64,000 nt of DNA from Candidatus Aminicenantes bacterium (GCA_963809345.1 CAWEJF010000015.1:96193-160192); one strand, 5' to 3'. Counted from the first letter of the stretch, positions 1 to 9,181 are shown. Translations and numbers: made by a program. The notes: a model not told the origin generated them from the sequence alone.

Positions 1-150
1 TGACGATCTTGACTCTAGCGGGCAAAACGGCCTCCCGTTCGAATTAATACTACAAAAATAGTATACATTAGGCCGCCGAAAAATCAAAACGGCTCCGGGG
101 AGGCGTGCTGACTGGCCGTCGGATAATTTCCTAAATTGGACACTTTGTCA

Positions 151-180
151 TTGACAAATCGGAAAATGGGGCCCTATAAT
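151..180 (+). promoter_or_regulatory. sigma70-like promoter TTGACA-N18-TATAAT
   Basis: TTGACA at 151-156 and TATAAT at 175-180. The -35 box lies inside a perfect 15-nt palindrome TTTGTCA-T-TGACAAA (144-158). Confidence 0.5.
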
Positions 181-186
181 GAGGGC

Positions 187-299
187 GCTGGCTGGAGAGG
201 GATCCTCCTTAGCCCCGCTTCCTTTTCCTTTGAAACCTTGGCGCCTCGCCAGCCAGCCTTCTCATTCTCCCGAACGGGCTGGCCGCAGGCGCCTTTTTT
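187..299 (+). ncRNA. candidate ~113-nt small RNA (family not recognised)
   Basis: Bounded by the consensus promoter (151-180) and an intrinsic terminator (240-299). The only ORF here (179..373) is low-complexity. Contains a C/U-rich stretch with CCUCC. The next gene is convergent on the other strand. Confidence 0.3.
240..299 (+). terminator. rho-independent terminator
   Basis: GGCGCCT (240-246) pairs with AGGCGCC (287-293), and CCAGCC (249-254) pairs with GGCTGG (277-282). The stem is followed by T6 at 294-299. Confidence 0.55.
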
Positions 300-326
300 C
301 CCGAAATGGCCGTAACCGGCCGACCC

Positions 327-3251
327 CTACTTTTTTTCGGCGGATTTCTTCTCGACCTTCTCGGCGAGCTTGAGGTCCCTGGCCCGCTCCTTGAGATGGT
401 CCTTGAGCTTGAGGTAGGGGATGCCCTCCGTATACCAGGCCGGGGCCGGCTGGCCCATGAGGTAGTGGTCGAAGAACTCCTTCATCCGCACCGTGTAGTC
501 CTTCTGATTGGCCGGTTTCTGCAGCCCGTGGTTCTCTCCGACGTATTGCAGCATGATGACCGGCCTCTTCAGCCGGCGAAGCGTGTTGTAGTATTCGATG
601 CCCTGGTTCCAATCGACCGCGCCGTCCTTGTCGTTGTGGAGGATGATGAGCGGCGTCTTGACCTGCGCGGCGTAATAGACCGGCGAGTTCCGCTGGTAGG
701 CCTCGAGGTTGTCCCAGTAGCCGCCCTTGAACCGGCCCTGGCTCGACTCGAAGATGGGCTGGTTGGCCGAGCCGGAGTTGAAGTAGATGGAGCTGTACAT
801 GCTGATCATGTTGGTCAGCGGCGCCCCGGCCACGGCCGCGGCGAAATCGGCCTGGGTGATGAGGAAGGCCGTTTGATAGCCGCCCCAGGAGTGGCCTTGG
901 AGGCCGACCTTGGAGCGGTCGACGACGCCGGCGGCCACGGCCGCGTCGATCGCCGGCAGGACGCACCAGACCGCCGACATGCCCGGGTCGTTGATCTTGT
1001 AGGTGATGTCGGGGAAGAGGACGGCGTAGCCGTTGCTCGTGTAGACGGACTTGTTGAAGCCATTGGCCGACGGCTGGGCGTAACGGTTGAGCTGCTGCGA
1101 CATCTTCTCGTAGTAATAGACGATCGTCGGGTAACGCTTGCCCTTCTCGTAGTTGGCCGGGAGGAACAAGGCGGCCTGGAGCTTGTCGCCCTTGGCGCTC
1201 GTATAATCGAGGAGCATCGAGCCGCTGGACCACAGGAAGTCCTTCTGCTGCGGGTTGGCGTCCGTGAGCTTCTTTCCGTTCCGGAGCATCGCGTCGGCCG
1301 CGTAATAGGCCGGGCAATCCTCAAAGGTGTCCCGCGCGTAGGCGTAGACCTCGGCCTTCTTGGCCTTGGTCAAATTGCCGAACCCGGCGTCGTCCCAGAC
1401 GAGCATCACCGGGGCCGGCTTGCCTTTATCGAGCCGGGCGATCCCGGCCTTTTTCGTCCATTCGCCGTAGACACTGAAGTATTGCGGCTGGGCGAGGTCG
1501 ATCGCCTTTTCCTCGGGATCGAGCCGCAGGCGGCGGTAGCGGAGCTTGTCCTTGGCCCCGTTCACGGTCAGATTGACGGCTTTGCCGGCGCCGCTGACGG
1601 GGACGCTCCAGATGTCCCATCCGTCGGAGAGGAGCACGTTGAGCCCGTCCTTCGTCGACCCGACCGGATAGTCCGGCGGCCTGACGACGTTGTGATCGTC
1701 GTCCTCGTTGACGAACGAGGCCGGGACGTCCTTGGTGATGGCGACGGACTTGCCCGTGGTCATGTCGTAGGTGAAGAAGTGGCCGCCGTCGTAATACATG
1801 AAGTGGGTCCCATCGTAGAGGGTCCCGAAATAGTATTCGTTCTTGTTGAGGGCCGGCGTCCGCTGACCCGTCTTCATGTCGATGACGGAGATGTCCTGGT
1901 ATCCGCGGCCGATGAGATTCGTGTCGAGCTCATAGGCCCGGTTGTCCTGACCGATCGCGAAACGGTCCTTCGGGGCCGTATCGACGGTGCGAAGATCGTC
2001 ATCGGCCAGGCGGAAGAACTTCTTTTCGTTGATCCGATATTCGGCGAGGTAGCTGAAGGACTTGTCCCGCTCTTCCTGGACCTGCTGCTGCGACTGGAGC
2101 CGCCGGTCCTGGCCGTGCCAGATGACGAGGTCGGGGATGTCCTCGTCGGCGATGTCCTCGTCCTTCTTGGGAGCGGGCGGGGCCGTGTCCGGCCCGGCCT
2201 TGGCCTCGCCGCCTTCCTTGGCGTCGGCATCCTTCTTCTTTTTAGCTTCATGAATGCCGAACAGGACGGCGTCGAAGCTCTCCGTCCACGCCGGCGTCTT
2301 GTCCGGGCTCACGGTCATCCCTTCGGGGAATGACGTGTCGCCTGCGGGATCGTAGGCGGTCTTCCGCGGCCCCTTGGCCTCCCGGAACCCGTTGAAGGCG
2401 AGGACGCTCCAGAGCTTGTCCTCGTAGGCCTTGTCCTCCTTGCCCTTGAGAACGGCCAGGGCCTCGCCCTTTTCCGTCCAGGCCAGGGACTTGTAGGACG
2501 CCTTGTCGTTGTCGAGCGATGAGACCGCGCCGGTGGCCATGTCCCGGAGCTGGAGGCCGTTGCCGGCCTGACCCTGGGCGTCGATGAGAAGGGCCAGCCG
2601 CGCGCCGCCCTTGTCGAACGCGTACTCCGCGACATTGCCGATATTGACTTCCTTTGCCGTGGCCAGCTCGCGGACGAGGAGGTCGGAGCCGGTCCACTTG
2701 TCCTTCTCCTTCTCCTGGCTTTCGGGGGCATAGCGATGGAAGGCGACGAAGCCCGGGTTGTCGCCCGAGAACGTCAGGCCGCGGACCTTTTCGAGCTCGG
2801 TCTTGGCTCCGGTGGCCAGGTCGACCAGGACCGCCGATGTCATGACCCTCTTCTTGTCCTTTCGCAAGGCCTTCATGTCTTTGGAGCCGGGATAGGAGAG
2901 GAAGGCGGCCCACTTGGAGTCCGCCGAGAATCCCGTCCGGGCGCCGAAGCGGGGGGCTTCGCCGATCGGGAAACGGTACTCCTTCGTTCCCGCGGCCTGC
3001 CTCAGGACGATCTCGCTTTCGCCCTCGAGAGGGCTCAGCTTGTACATGAACCAGCTCCCGTCGGGGGAGAGCTCGGCCGAGCTGATCGATCTCCAGGCCA
3101 GAATATCCTGGAGCCCGATCGGCCGCGGCCCGGTTGGCGCGGCCGGCGCGGCGGGGATGTCCGCGGGCCTGTCCTGAGGGGCCGCGAACGCGCCCGCCAT
3201 GAGGACGGCGACGATGAAGACGATGGTGAAGAGGGCACGGCGTTTGGTCAT
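327..3251 (-). CDS. S9 family serine peptidase (prolyl oligopeptidase / acylaminoacyl peptidase type) with N-terminal beta-propeller, secreted
   Basis: C-terminal part of ORF 327..4253. Start taken at MTKRRALFTIVFIVAVLMAGAFA (signal peptide; ATG at 3251 overlapping the upstream stop as ATGA). GHSWGGY nucleophile motif, and later DKDGAV and GENHG consistent with the Ser-Asp-His triad. Confidence 0.88.
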   Translation of the reverse strand: MTKRRALFTIVFIVAVLMAGAFAAPQDRPADIPAAPAAPTGPRPIGLQDILAWRSISSAELSPDGSWFMYKLSPLEGESEIVLRQAAGTKEYRFPIGEAPRFGARTGFSADSKWAAFLSYPGSKDMKALRKDKKRVMTSAVLVDLATGAKTELEKVRGLTFSGDNPGFVAFHRYAPESQEKEKDKWTGSDLLVRELATAKEVNIGNVAEYAFDKGGARLALLIDAQGQAGNGLQLRDMATGAVSSLDNDKASYKSLAWTEKGEALAVLKGKEDKAYEDKLWSVLAFNGFREAKGPRKTAYDPAGDTSFPEGMTVSPDKTPAWTESFDAVLFGIHEAKKKKDADAKEGGEAKAGPDTAPPAPKKDEDIADEDIPDLVIWHGQDRRLQSQQQVQEERDKSFSYLAEYRINEKKFFRLADDDLRTVDTAPKDRFAIGQDNRAYELDTNLIGRGYQDISVIDMKTGQRTPALNKNEYYFGTLYDGTHFMYYDGGHFFTYDMTTGKSVAITKDVPASFVNEDDDHNVVRPPDYPVGSTKDGLNVLLSDGWDIWSVPVSGAGKAVNLTVNGAKDKLRYRRLRLDPEEKAIDLAQPQYFSVYGEWTKKAGIARLDKGKPAPVMLVWDDAGFGNLTKAKKAEVYAYARDTFEDCPAYYAADAMLRNGKKLTDANPQQKDFLWSSGSMLLDYTSAKGDKLQAALFLPANYEKGKRYPTIVYYYEKMSQQLNRYAQPSANGFNKSVYTSNGYAVLFPDITYKINDPGMSAVWCVLPAIDAAVAAGVVDRSKVGLQGHSWGGYQTAFLITQADFAAAVAGAPLTNMISMYSSIYFNSGSANQPIFESSQGRFKGGYWDNLEAYQRNSPVYYAAQVKTPLIILHNDKDGAVDWNQGIEYYNTLRRLKRPVIMLQYVGENHGLQKPANQKDYTVRMKEFFDHYLMGQPAPAWYTEGIPYLKLKDHLKERARDLKLAEKVEKKSAEKK

Positions 3252-4066
3252 AGGCTTGTCCCTTGTCGTTCCTTTCTTCTTTTTTCTTGATACATCATGA
3301 AGTCGGCGTGGGCCAGAAAATCGTCGAGCTGCTGGTATTTCTGAGGGTCGACGCGGACGAGGCCCATGCTGACGGACAGCCGGAGCCGGGGGTACTTCCG
3401 GAGACGGAAGGCTTGGACGCTTTCTTCGATCCTGGCGAGAAGGCTCCGTTCGCCCAGGCCTTTGGAGCGCATGGCCAGGACGGCGAATTCGTCCCCGCCG
3501 ATGCGGCCTATGACGTCGGATTCGCGGAGGGTCGTTTTGAGGATCGCGGCCACCCCCTGAAGGAGCAGGTCCCCGACGGCGTGGCCGTAGGTGTCGTTGA
3601 CCTCTTTCAGATAGTCGATATCGAGAAAGACGAGATAGTTGTCCTTCTTGAGGCGCTTGGCGATCTTCATCTGCTGCAGGCCGAAGGAGAAGAAGCCGCG
3701 GCGGTTGTTGAGCCCGGTCAGGTGGTCGGACAGGGATTGGCTTTCGAGCTTCTCGTTGGTCTGCTGGACCTTGCGCAAGGCGAGCTGGTAGCGCCGTTCT
3801 ATGGCCTTCATCTCGGTGACGTCGACGAGGATGCCGTCGAGATGAAGGATCGATCGGCCGGGCCCCTTGATGCCGCGGCAATAGTCCCGGGCCCAGAACT
3901 TCTGCCCGTCGGCCCGGCGGAGCTCGAACTCCCGGAAGGCCGTCGATTTCGAGGACAGCTTGGCGATCTGCTCGGCCCTGTCCTCGGGGTGGACGTAGAA
4001 TTCCCTGACGTTGTGAGAGACGAGGTCCCGGGGCTTCTTGAATCCGAGCATCCGGGCGAGGGCCAT
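3248..4066 (-). CDS. PAS-GGDEF diguanylate cyclase (5' end unresolved)
   Basis: RIGGDEFAV active-site motif. PAS-like segment (EANMALARMLGF...FWARDY...). PAS similarity (DRYKALVEQLPVGVYRTTTEGHIVEAN) continues upstream of the first in-frame ATG/GTG/TTG. Confidence 0.85.
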   Translation of the reverse strand: MALARMLGFKKPRDLVSHNVREFYVHPEDRAEQIAKLSSKSTAFREFELRRADGQKFWARDYCRGIKGPGRSILHLDGILVDVTEMKAIERRYQLALRKVQQTNEKLESQSLSDHLTGLNNRRGFFSFGLQQMKIAKRLKKDNYLVFLDIDYLKEVNDTYGHAVGDLLLQGVAAILKTTLRESDVIGRIGGDEFAVLAMRSKGLGERSLLARIEESVQAFRLRKYPRLRLSVSMGLVRVDPQKYQQLDDFLAHADFMMYQEKRRKERQGTSL

Positions 4067-4381
4067 GTTGGCCTCGACGATGTGGCCCTCCGTTGTCGTA
4101 CGGTAGACGCCGACGGGGAGCTGCTCGACGAGGGCCTTGTAGCGGTCCTCTCCATCGCGATGGGCCGAAGGAGGCCCTCCGTGCCGCGGGCGCTCTGCTG
4201 GCCTTGGACGGCTGGGGCGGATTCGGAGCGTTCATTTCGCCCATATTTAGCAAAGACGCCGGGAGTTGTCAAAATTCGGCTGAGCGCTGTGAAGGCGGGT
4301 GACACGCCAGGAAGAAAGGTGTAGGAATAGGGCAGAGGGCGGATGCCCTAAACGCCCCTGAGGACCCCGGCGTATTCTCCG

Positions 4382-4955
4382 ATGGAAGAAGGGACAAGGC
4401 CTCCCGTGGACGAGAGAGAGATCATCGAAGGCTGTCTGCGGGGGAGCCCTGCGTCCAACCGGGCGATGGTCGAGGCGTACGGAAACTTGGTCCTTTCCGT
4501 TGCCCTCAACGTCCTCGGCAACAGGCAGGACGCCGAGGACGTGTGCCAGGAGACCTTCCTCCAGGTCTTCCGCCGTCTCGACCGCTACGACCGGGAGAGG
4601 AGCTTCAAGACCTGGCTCCTGACCATCGGTTACAGGAGGGCGCTCGACATGCTCAGGAAAAAGAGGCGTTTCACGGAATTCTCGGTTCGGGCCCGGTTCG
4701 AGCCGGCCGTGGCCAGGCAGGGAAGGGAATCCCCATCCCGCCGATCCGGCGCCCCTGCCCTCGAAGCTGCTCGAGGTCCTTTCCCCGCGTGAGCGGACGG
4801 CGCTTTGCCTGTGGGCCAACGAGGGCTATACGGCCAAGGACATTTCCCAGGTCCTGGCCTGCTCGGCCTCGACGGCCCGGGTCTATCTTTTCAACGCCCG
4901 TCGCAAGATCAAGGCCCTGCTGGAGAACGACCATGCCCTGTTGCAAAACGGTTGA
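4382..4955 (+). pseudogene. ECF (sigma-70 family) sigma factor, reading frame broken once (indel or decay)
   Basis: Region 2 (DAEDVCQETFLQVFRRLDRYDRERSFKTWLLTIGYRRALD) lies in ORF 4382..4792. Region 4 HTH (LSPRERTALCLWANEGYTAKDISQVLACSASTARVYLFNARRKIKALL) is in the +1 frame ending at TGA 4953-4955. The join must lie near the C-runs at about 4731-4740. Confidence 0.8.
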
Positions 4956-5409
4956 TCGCCTCTACGCCGCCTTGCCGTTGCGGCCGTTCCGGGACTGGCT
5001 CATCCGGGCGCACATGGAGAGGTGCCCCCGCTGCCAGGCCGGGCTCTTGAGCCGCGAGGAGGCCAAGGACCTCCTGGTCGGTCCCGATCAGGTGGGCGGC
5101 GCCGACGCTCTTTGGCGGCGGATCTCGGGAGAGGCCGGCAGGGTCGCGGCCGTTCCTGGACCGGCGCCGGCGCGCGGGATCCTGGCTTGGCGTTGGGCCT
5201 CCGCCGCAGCGATGGCCGCCGTTATCGCCTTGACCGGCTTCTGGCTCCTCCGTGAGGTCGAGCGGCCAGGGTTCGATGCGAATGCCATCGCGCCGGCCGA
5301 GCGCTTCCAGATCGATTACGTCAACGTGGGCGGCGAGCCCGCCCGTACATTCGTCTATCAGCCCCAGGGGACGGACACCGTCTTCGTCTGGGCTTCGAAA
5401 ACTCCTTAA
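4933..5409 (+). CDS. zinc-binding (ZAS-type) membrane anti-sigma factor
   Basis: MPCCKTVDRL...AHMERCPRCQ gives H-x3-C-x2-C. One TM segment (WRWASAAAMAAVIALTGFWLL). Overlaps the end of the sigma gene. Confidence 0.75.
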   Translation: MPCCKTVDRLYAALPLRPFRDWLIRAHMERCPRCQAGLLSREEAKDLLVGPDQVGGADALWRRISGEAGRVAAVPGPAPARGILAWRWASAAAMAAVIALTGFWLLREVERPGFDANAIAPAERFQIDYVNVGGEPARTFVYQPQGTDTVFVWASKTP

Positions 5410-5422
5410 GAGGAGGGGTGAT

Positions 5423-7099
5423 ATGAAAAAGAACCTTAGACTGTTTGTGGCGGTAGTTCTGGCGGGATTGGCCATGGTCGCTCTGGCCTCGGCCGGCGAC
5501 GATGCCGTCCAGGCGGCAAAGACCACGGCCGCGGCCTTCGAGCTGCAGATGAGGATCCTGCAGGGCGGCCGGGAGAAACCGTACATCCCCAGCCGCCCCG
5601 TGACCTCGTCGTACCTCGAGTTTCTGACGTTCGCCAATTTCGAGGACGAGGCGAACGTGGCCACCGACGAACAGATCAAGAAGGTCTTCAATCTCACGGA
5701 CATCGGCCTCCTGACCGAAGCCACCCTGGTCTGGGAGAAGGGGACCACCGGCAGGGCCTTCCACATGTTCCGCATCAACGGGCAGGAATACATGGTCATG
5801 GTCACGCCGGGCCGCCTGCCCGAGCGCAACCACTTCCATATTGAGGTCTTCGAACAGAGCGCCTTGAAAAAAGCCAGCCTTATCGACACGGAATTCTCTC
5901 TGCCCGAGAAGAGCGCGGCTGTCTTCGGCTTCGAGGACAGCCAGCTCAAATCTTATTTCATCACGCTGAGAGTGGCGCGCTGGCTCGGCGAGCCGGCCGC
6001 CGCAGGACAGGCGGCGGGTAGCGTCGCCGGCGGGGTCGTCCCCGGCGTGCTAAAGACCGGCGAGAAGGTCACGCCGCCCAAGCTCATCAAGCAGGTCCAG
6101 CCGGTCTATCCGGACGAGGCGAAGAAGGCCGGAGTCGAAGGCGTCGTCATCATGGAAGCGACGACTGACGCCTACGGCCGGATCGCCTCCGTCAAGGTCC
6201 TCCGGGGCATTCCCGCCCTGGATCAGGCGGCCATGGACGCCCTCCAACAGTGGGTCTATGAGCCCATGATCATCAACGGCAAGCCTCAGCCGGTCGTCTT
6301 CACGGTGACCATGCGATTCCAGCTGGACGATAAGAAGAAGCCTCAAGTCAGCGGCGCGGTCGGAGGGGTGGTTGGCGGCGTTGAAGGCGGGGTCAGCGGA
6401 GGCGTCCAGGGCGGTGTCGAGGGCGGCGTCGCCGGTGGCGTTCCCGGCGGAGTCGCAGGAGCCCAGGATCTCAAGAAGTTCGAAGGAGACGCCGCCCGGG
6501 CCGTTGGTGACATCCAGCCGCCCAAGCTTATCAAGCAGGTCGACCCCATCTATCCAACGGAAGCCAGCAAGGCCGGCGTCGAAGGCATCGTCATCCTCGA
6601 AGCCAAGGCCGACGAACAGGGAAATGTCATCGACGCCCGCATCCTGCGCTCCATCCCCGCCCTCGATAAGGCGGCCATGGACGCCGTCAAGCAATGGAAG
6701 TATGAGCCCCTCGTCATCGACGGCAAACCCCACAAGGTGCTTTTCACCGTCACGGTCCGCTTTGCGCTCAAAGAGGGGGACAGGGCGAAGCTGCTCGAAA
6801 AGTTCGCCCAAGGCGCGGTCAAGGCCGAAGGCGACATCAACCCCCCCAAGCTCATCAAGGAAGTCGCCCCCGTCTATCCCGAAGCGGCCCGGTCCGCAGG
6901 CGTCCAGGGAGTTGTCATCCTGAGCGTCAGGAGCGACGAATCCGGCCGGGTCCAGGACACTATGGTCTTACGGTCGATCCCTCTCCTCGACCAGGCGGCC
7001 ATCGACTCCGTCCGGCAGTGGGTCTATGAGCCGATGATCATCGACGGCAAGGCCGTGCCCGTCGTTTTCACCGTGACGGTCCGTTTCCAGCTCAAGTAG
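5423..7099 (+). CDS. secreted protein with unknown N-terminal domain and three tandem TonB C-terminal domains
   Basis: AGGAGG at 5411-5416, then ATG 5423. Signal peptide MKKNLRLFVAVVLAGLAMVALASA. Three copies of PPKLIK(Q/E)V.P.YP...GV.G.V......D..G.V.......SIP.LD.AA.D.V.QW.YEP....GK...V.FTVT.RF. Confidence 0.85.
   Translation: MKKNLRLFVAVVLAGLAMVALASAGDDAVQAAKTTAAAFELQMRILQGGREKPYIPSRPVTSSYLEFLTFANFEDEANVATDEQIKKVFNLTDIGLLTEATLVWEKGTTGRAFHMFRINGQEYMVMVTPGRLPERNHFHIEVFEQSALKKASLIDTEFSLPEKSAAVFGFEDSQLKSYFITLRVARWLGEPAAAGQAAGSVAGGVVPGVLKTGEKVTPPKLIKQVQPVYPDEAKKAGVEGVVIMEATTDAYGRIASVKVLRGIPALDQAAMDALQQWVYEPMIINGKPQPVVFTVTMRFQLDDKKKPQVSGAVGGVVGGVEGGVSGGVQGGVEGGVAGGVPGGVAGAQDLKKFEGDAARAVGDIQPPKLIKQVDPIYPTEASKAGVEGIVILEAKADEQGNVIDARILRSIPALDKAAMDAVKQWKYEPLVIDGKPHKVLFTVTVRFALKEGDRAKLLEKFAQGAVKAEGDINPPKLIKEVAPVYPEAARSAGVQGVVILSVRSDESGRVQDTMVLRSIPLLDQAAIDSVRQWVYEPMIIDGKAVPVVFTVTVRFQLK
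6068..7096 (+). repeat. three tandem TonB_C-encoding repeats (about 6068-6330, 6512-6772, 6836-7096), with a (GGVx)n linker at about 6343-6470
   Basis: The repeat units align by eye at protein level. The linker reads VSGAVGGVVGGVEGGVSGGVQGGVEGGVAGGVPGGVAG. Confidence 0.8.
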
Positions 7100-7192
7100 G
7101 GCGGCTGCGCCCGGCCACGCCGGCGAGGTCAGAACGTCCGGAGGATAGGGAAGACGATCCGGAAATCGAAGTCGCCGAGGACTCGTTGAAGA

Positions 7193-7600
7193 TCATATTG
7201 CGTGACCCGAGGCCGGGCGAGAAGATGCTTTCGGGATCTTCAGCCCGAGGATCCACGTTTCGAGGAGCTTGAGCTCATTGGGTTCAAGGGCTTTGAGGGG
7301 AGGCATCGGCTTCCCCATGATGTCGCTCTCCCTGCGGACCTTCTTGAGGACGTAGCTCGACTCCGGGGTCGCCGTATCGATGATCTTCAGCTCAGGCGCC
7401 TCGGCACTCGCCCGGCCGATCGCTTCGACGATACGTGTCGGCTCCCAGCTCAGCCCCCGGGGCGGCGTCTTTCCTTTGTGGCAGACGGCGCATCTCTTCT
7501 GGAAGAGGGAGACGACGTCGCCGGGGACCTTGTCGCCGGCCCAGGCGCTGACGATCGTGACAAGAAGTAAGCAAAGAATAACGGACACGGCTGTCTTCAT
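7193..7600 (-). CDS. secreted c-type cytochrome-like protein (single CxxCH)
   Basis: Signal peptide MKTAVSVILCLLLVTIVSAWA. Heme-binding motif CAVCH. Confidence 0.65.
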   Translation of the reverse strand: MKTAVSVILCLLLVTIVSAWAGDKVPGDVVSLFQKRCAVCHKGKTPPRGLSWEPTRIVEAIGRASAEAPELKIIDTATPESSYVLKKVRRESDIMGKPMPPLKALEPNELKLLETWILGLKIPKASSRPASGHAI

Positions 7601-7624
7601 CGTGGCCTCCTTTGTCGCCCCGGC

Positions 7625-8419
7625 CTATTCCGGCCGGGAATAGTCGAATTCGGAGCCGCGGATGCTGTGAGGGATGAGGAAGATGAGAAGAGTGACGAGC
7701 GAGGCCGCGATGACGAACGGCCTGGCCGGCTTGCCCTTCCGGCCGGCGACGAGGGCGGCGATCCAGAAGAGGAAAGCGATGAGCATCTTGTTGTCGGTGA
7801 GATCGGTCCCGACCGGAAAACCGGCCCAGGCGACGCCGAACGCGAACTTCTGGACGAGCGGACCGAGGATGAAGCCGCCCGCGAAAAGCAGGCCGACCGT
7901 CCAGAGGACGAAGCGGCGGGGGTCGCGCTTCTTGTCGAGGGCAGCCAGGCCGGCCGCGGTCGAAAGGAGCATGCCCGCGAACATGACGAGGATGTGGGGG
8001 ATGATGATCCAGGCCGGGACGGGGTCCTTGAACCGCATGACGACCGGGTCATCGAGAACGGCCGGCGGGGCGTCCGGTCCCGGTCGCAGGCGCAGCTGGT
8101 AGACGAGCTTTCCGGCGGCGGGCTGACGGGGCAGCCGCCCGACGAGGCGGGCGCCCTCGCGGACGAGCGGGACCGTGGCCCAGCCGTCGGCCGTCTTGAA
8201 CCGCTTCCACTCGAGCCAGCCTTCGGCCGGCGCGGGCGCCGGAACGGCCACCTCGGCGTCACCGACGGTCTCGGCGCTGCGCGGCAGCTCGAAGCCCTCC
8301 GCTGCGCCCCCGAAGCCGGCCTTGACCCGGAGCGGATAGGTCGGCCCGGTCATTCTCTGATAAACGGCCGATCCGAGGGTGATGACGATGGCCAGGAACC
8401 AAAAGAGCCCTTTCCTCAT
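7625..8419 (-). CDS. integral membrane protein, unknown function
   Basis: ORF with an N-terminal TM, a soluble segment and several C-terminal TM helices. The antisense ORF 7667..9073 is low-complexity. Confidence 0.6.
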   Translation of the reverse strand: MRKGLFWFLAIVITLGSAVYQRMTGPTYPLRVKAGFGGAAEGFELPRSAETVGDAEVAVPAPAPAEGWLEWKRFKTADGWATVPLVREGARLVGRLPRQPAAGKLVYQLRLRPGPDAPPAVLDDPVVMRFKDPVPAWIIIPHILVMFAGMLLSTAAGLAALDKKRDPRRFVLWTVGLLFAGGFILGPLVQKFAFGVAWAGFPVGTDLTDNKMLIAFLFWIAALVAGRKGKPARPFVIAASLVTLLIFLIPHSIRGSEFDYSRPE

Positions 8420-8425
8420 GGCCCG

Positions 8426-9119
8426 CTACTCCTTGACCTCGATCGAGCCGAACACGGCCGATCCTTTGACCGAGAGAGTACCGGTTTTTTGGGCGTCAGG
8501 GACGGCCGCTTTGTGGCTCTCGATCGAGCCGAGAACAGGCGTTCCTTCGAGGACGACCTGCCACTCGCGGGGGACGACGACCTCGATGCCGCCGAAGACG
8601 ACGGACAGGACGAGGGTCGCCTGGCCGCCGGCGAGCTTGGCGCTCCTGAGGTCGATCTCGGCCGAGCCGAAGACGACGTCGGCCCTGCCGCCGCGGAAGT
8701 TCTGGGATTCGACCTTGCGGACCGAGCCCGAGAAAACCTGGTTGACGACCAGGTCGTCCCCGGTCATCTCAGGGATTTTTTTTTTATCGGGATTGAACGT
8801 CGGGCGGAGAAGGATCCACAGGCCCACCGCGATGATGGCCACGGGCCAGAGATAACGCCAGACGGCCTGGTCGAAGATCCGCAGCCGAAGGAGGAGGAAG
8901 AACGTGCCGAAGAGGATGAAGAAGACCCCGGAGCCGATGTTCTTGAGGTTGTTGCTGAGCAGGATGGAGATGCCGATGAGGATGAAAATGACCGGCCAGT
9001 AGCGTCCGACGAGGTCGCCGAAGTCCAGGCGTCCCATCCGGTCGAGCAGGAAGACGACCCCCAGCAGCGATGAGCAGGAGGCCCCAGAAGATACGGCCTT
9101 GGTTCTTGCGTTCGTTCAT
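8426..9119 (-). CDS. LiaF-like (cell-wall stress) membrane protein, frame broken at a C5 run
   Basis: ORF 8426..9037 carries TM helices plus a LiaF-type C-terminal domain (VVFGSAEIDLRSA...VVFGGIEVVVP). The N-terminus MNERKNQGRIFWGLLLIAAG is in ORF 8784..9119. Removing one base of CCCCC at 9058-9062 joins them (..IAAGVVFLLDRMGRLDF..). Confidence 0.7.
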
Positions 9120-9181
9120 TGTTTCCTCCGCTGGGGTCTAGGATATCATACGAGGCCCGGTCCTGTAAAAACCGGTCCGGC

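Noticed and set aside
179-373. 64-aa ORF in the 5' non-coding region.
   Set aside because: The composition is not protein-like, there is no SD, and it spans the terminator hairpin. It is treated as part of a non-coding transcript.
306-2333. 675-aa ORF antisense to the S9 peptidase. Similar long antisense ORFs: 7667..9073, 13115..15409, 19999..21981, 23635..25500, 30913..33531, 34731..37109, 48695..50215, 50443..53481, 58884..59978.
   Set aside because: Their translations are low-complexity (R/G/P/D/E/A-rich) with no motifs. The opposite strand carries proteins with clear family signatures. Long open antisense frames are expected at this GC content.
327-4253. Single 1308-aa ORF spanning the peptidase and the GGDEF region.
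   Set aside because: The N-terminal 334 codons are an out-of-frame read-through of the GGDEF gene (Arg/Pro-rich junk). A signal-peptide start with an ATGA overlap at 3251 fits the peptidase.
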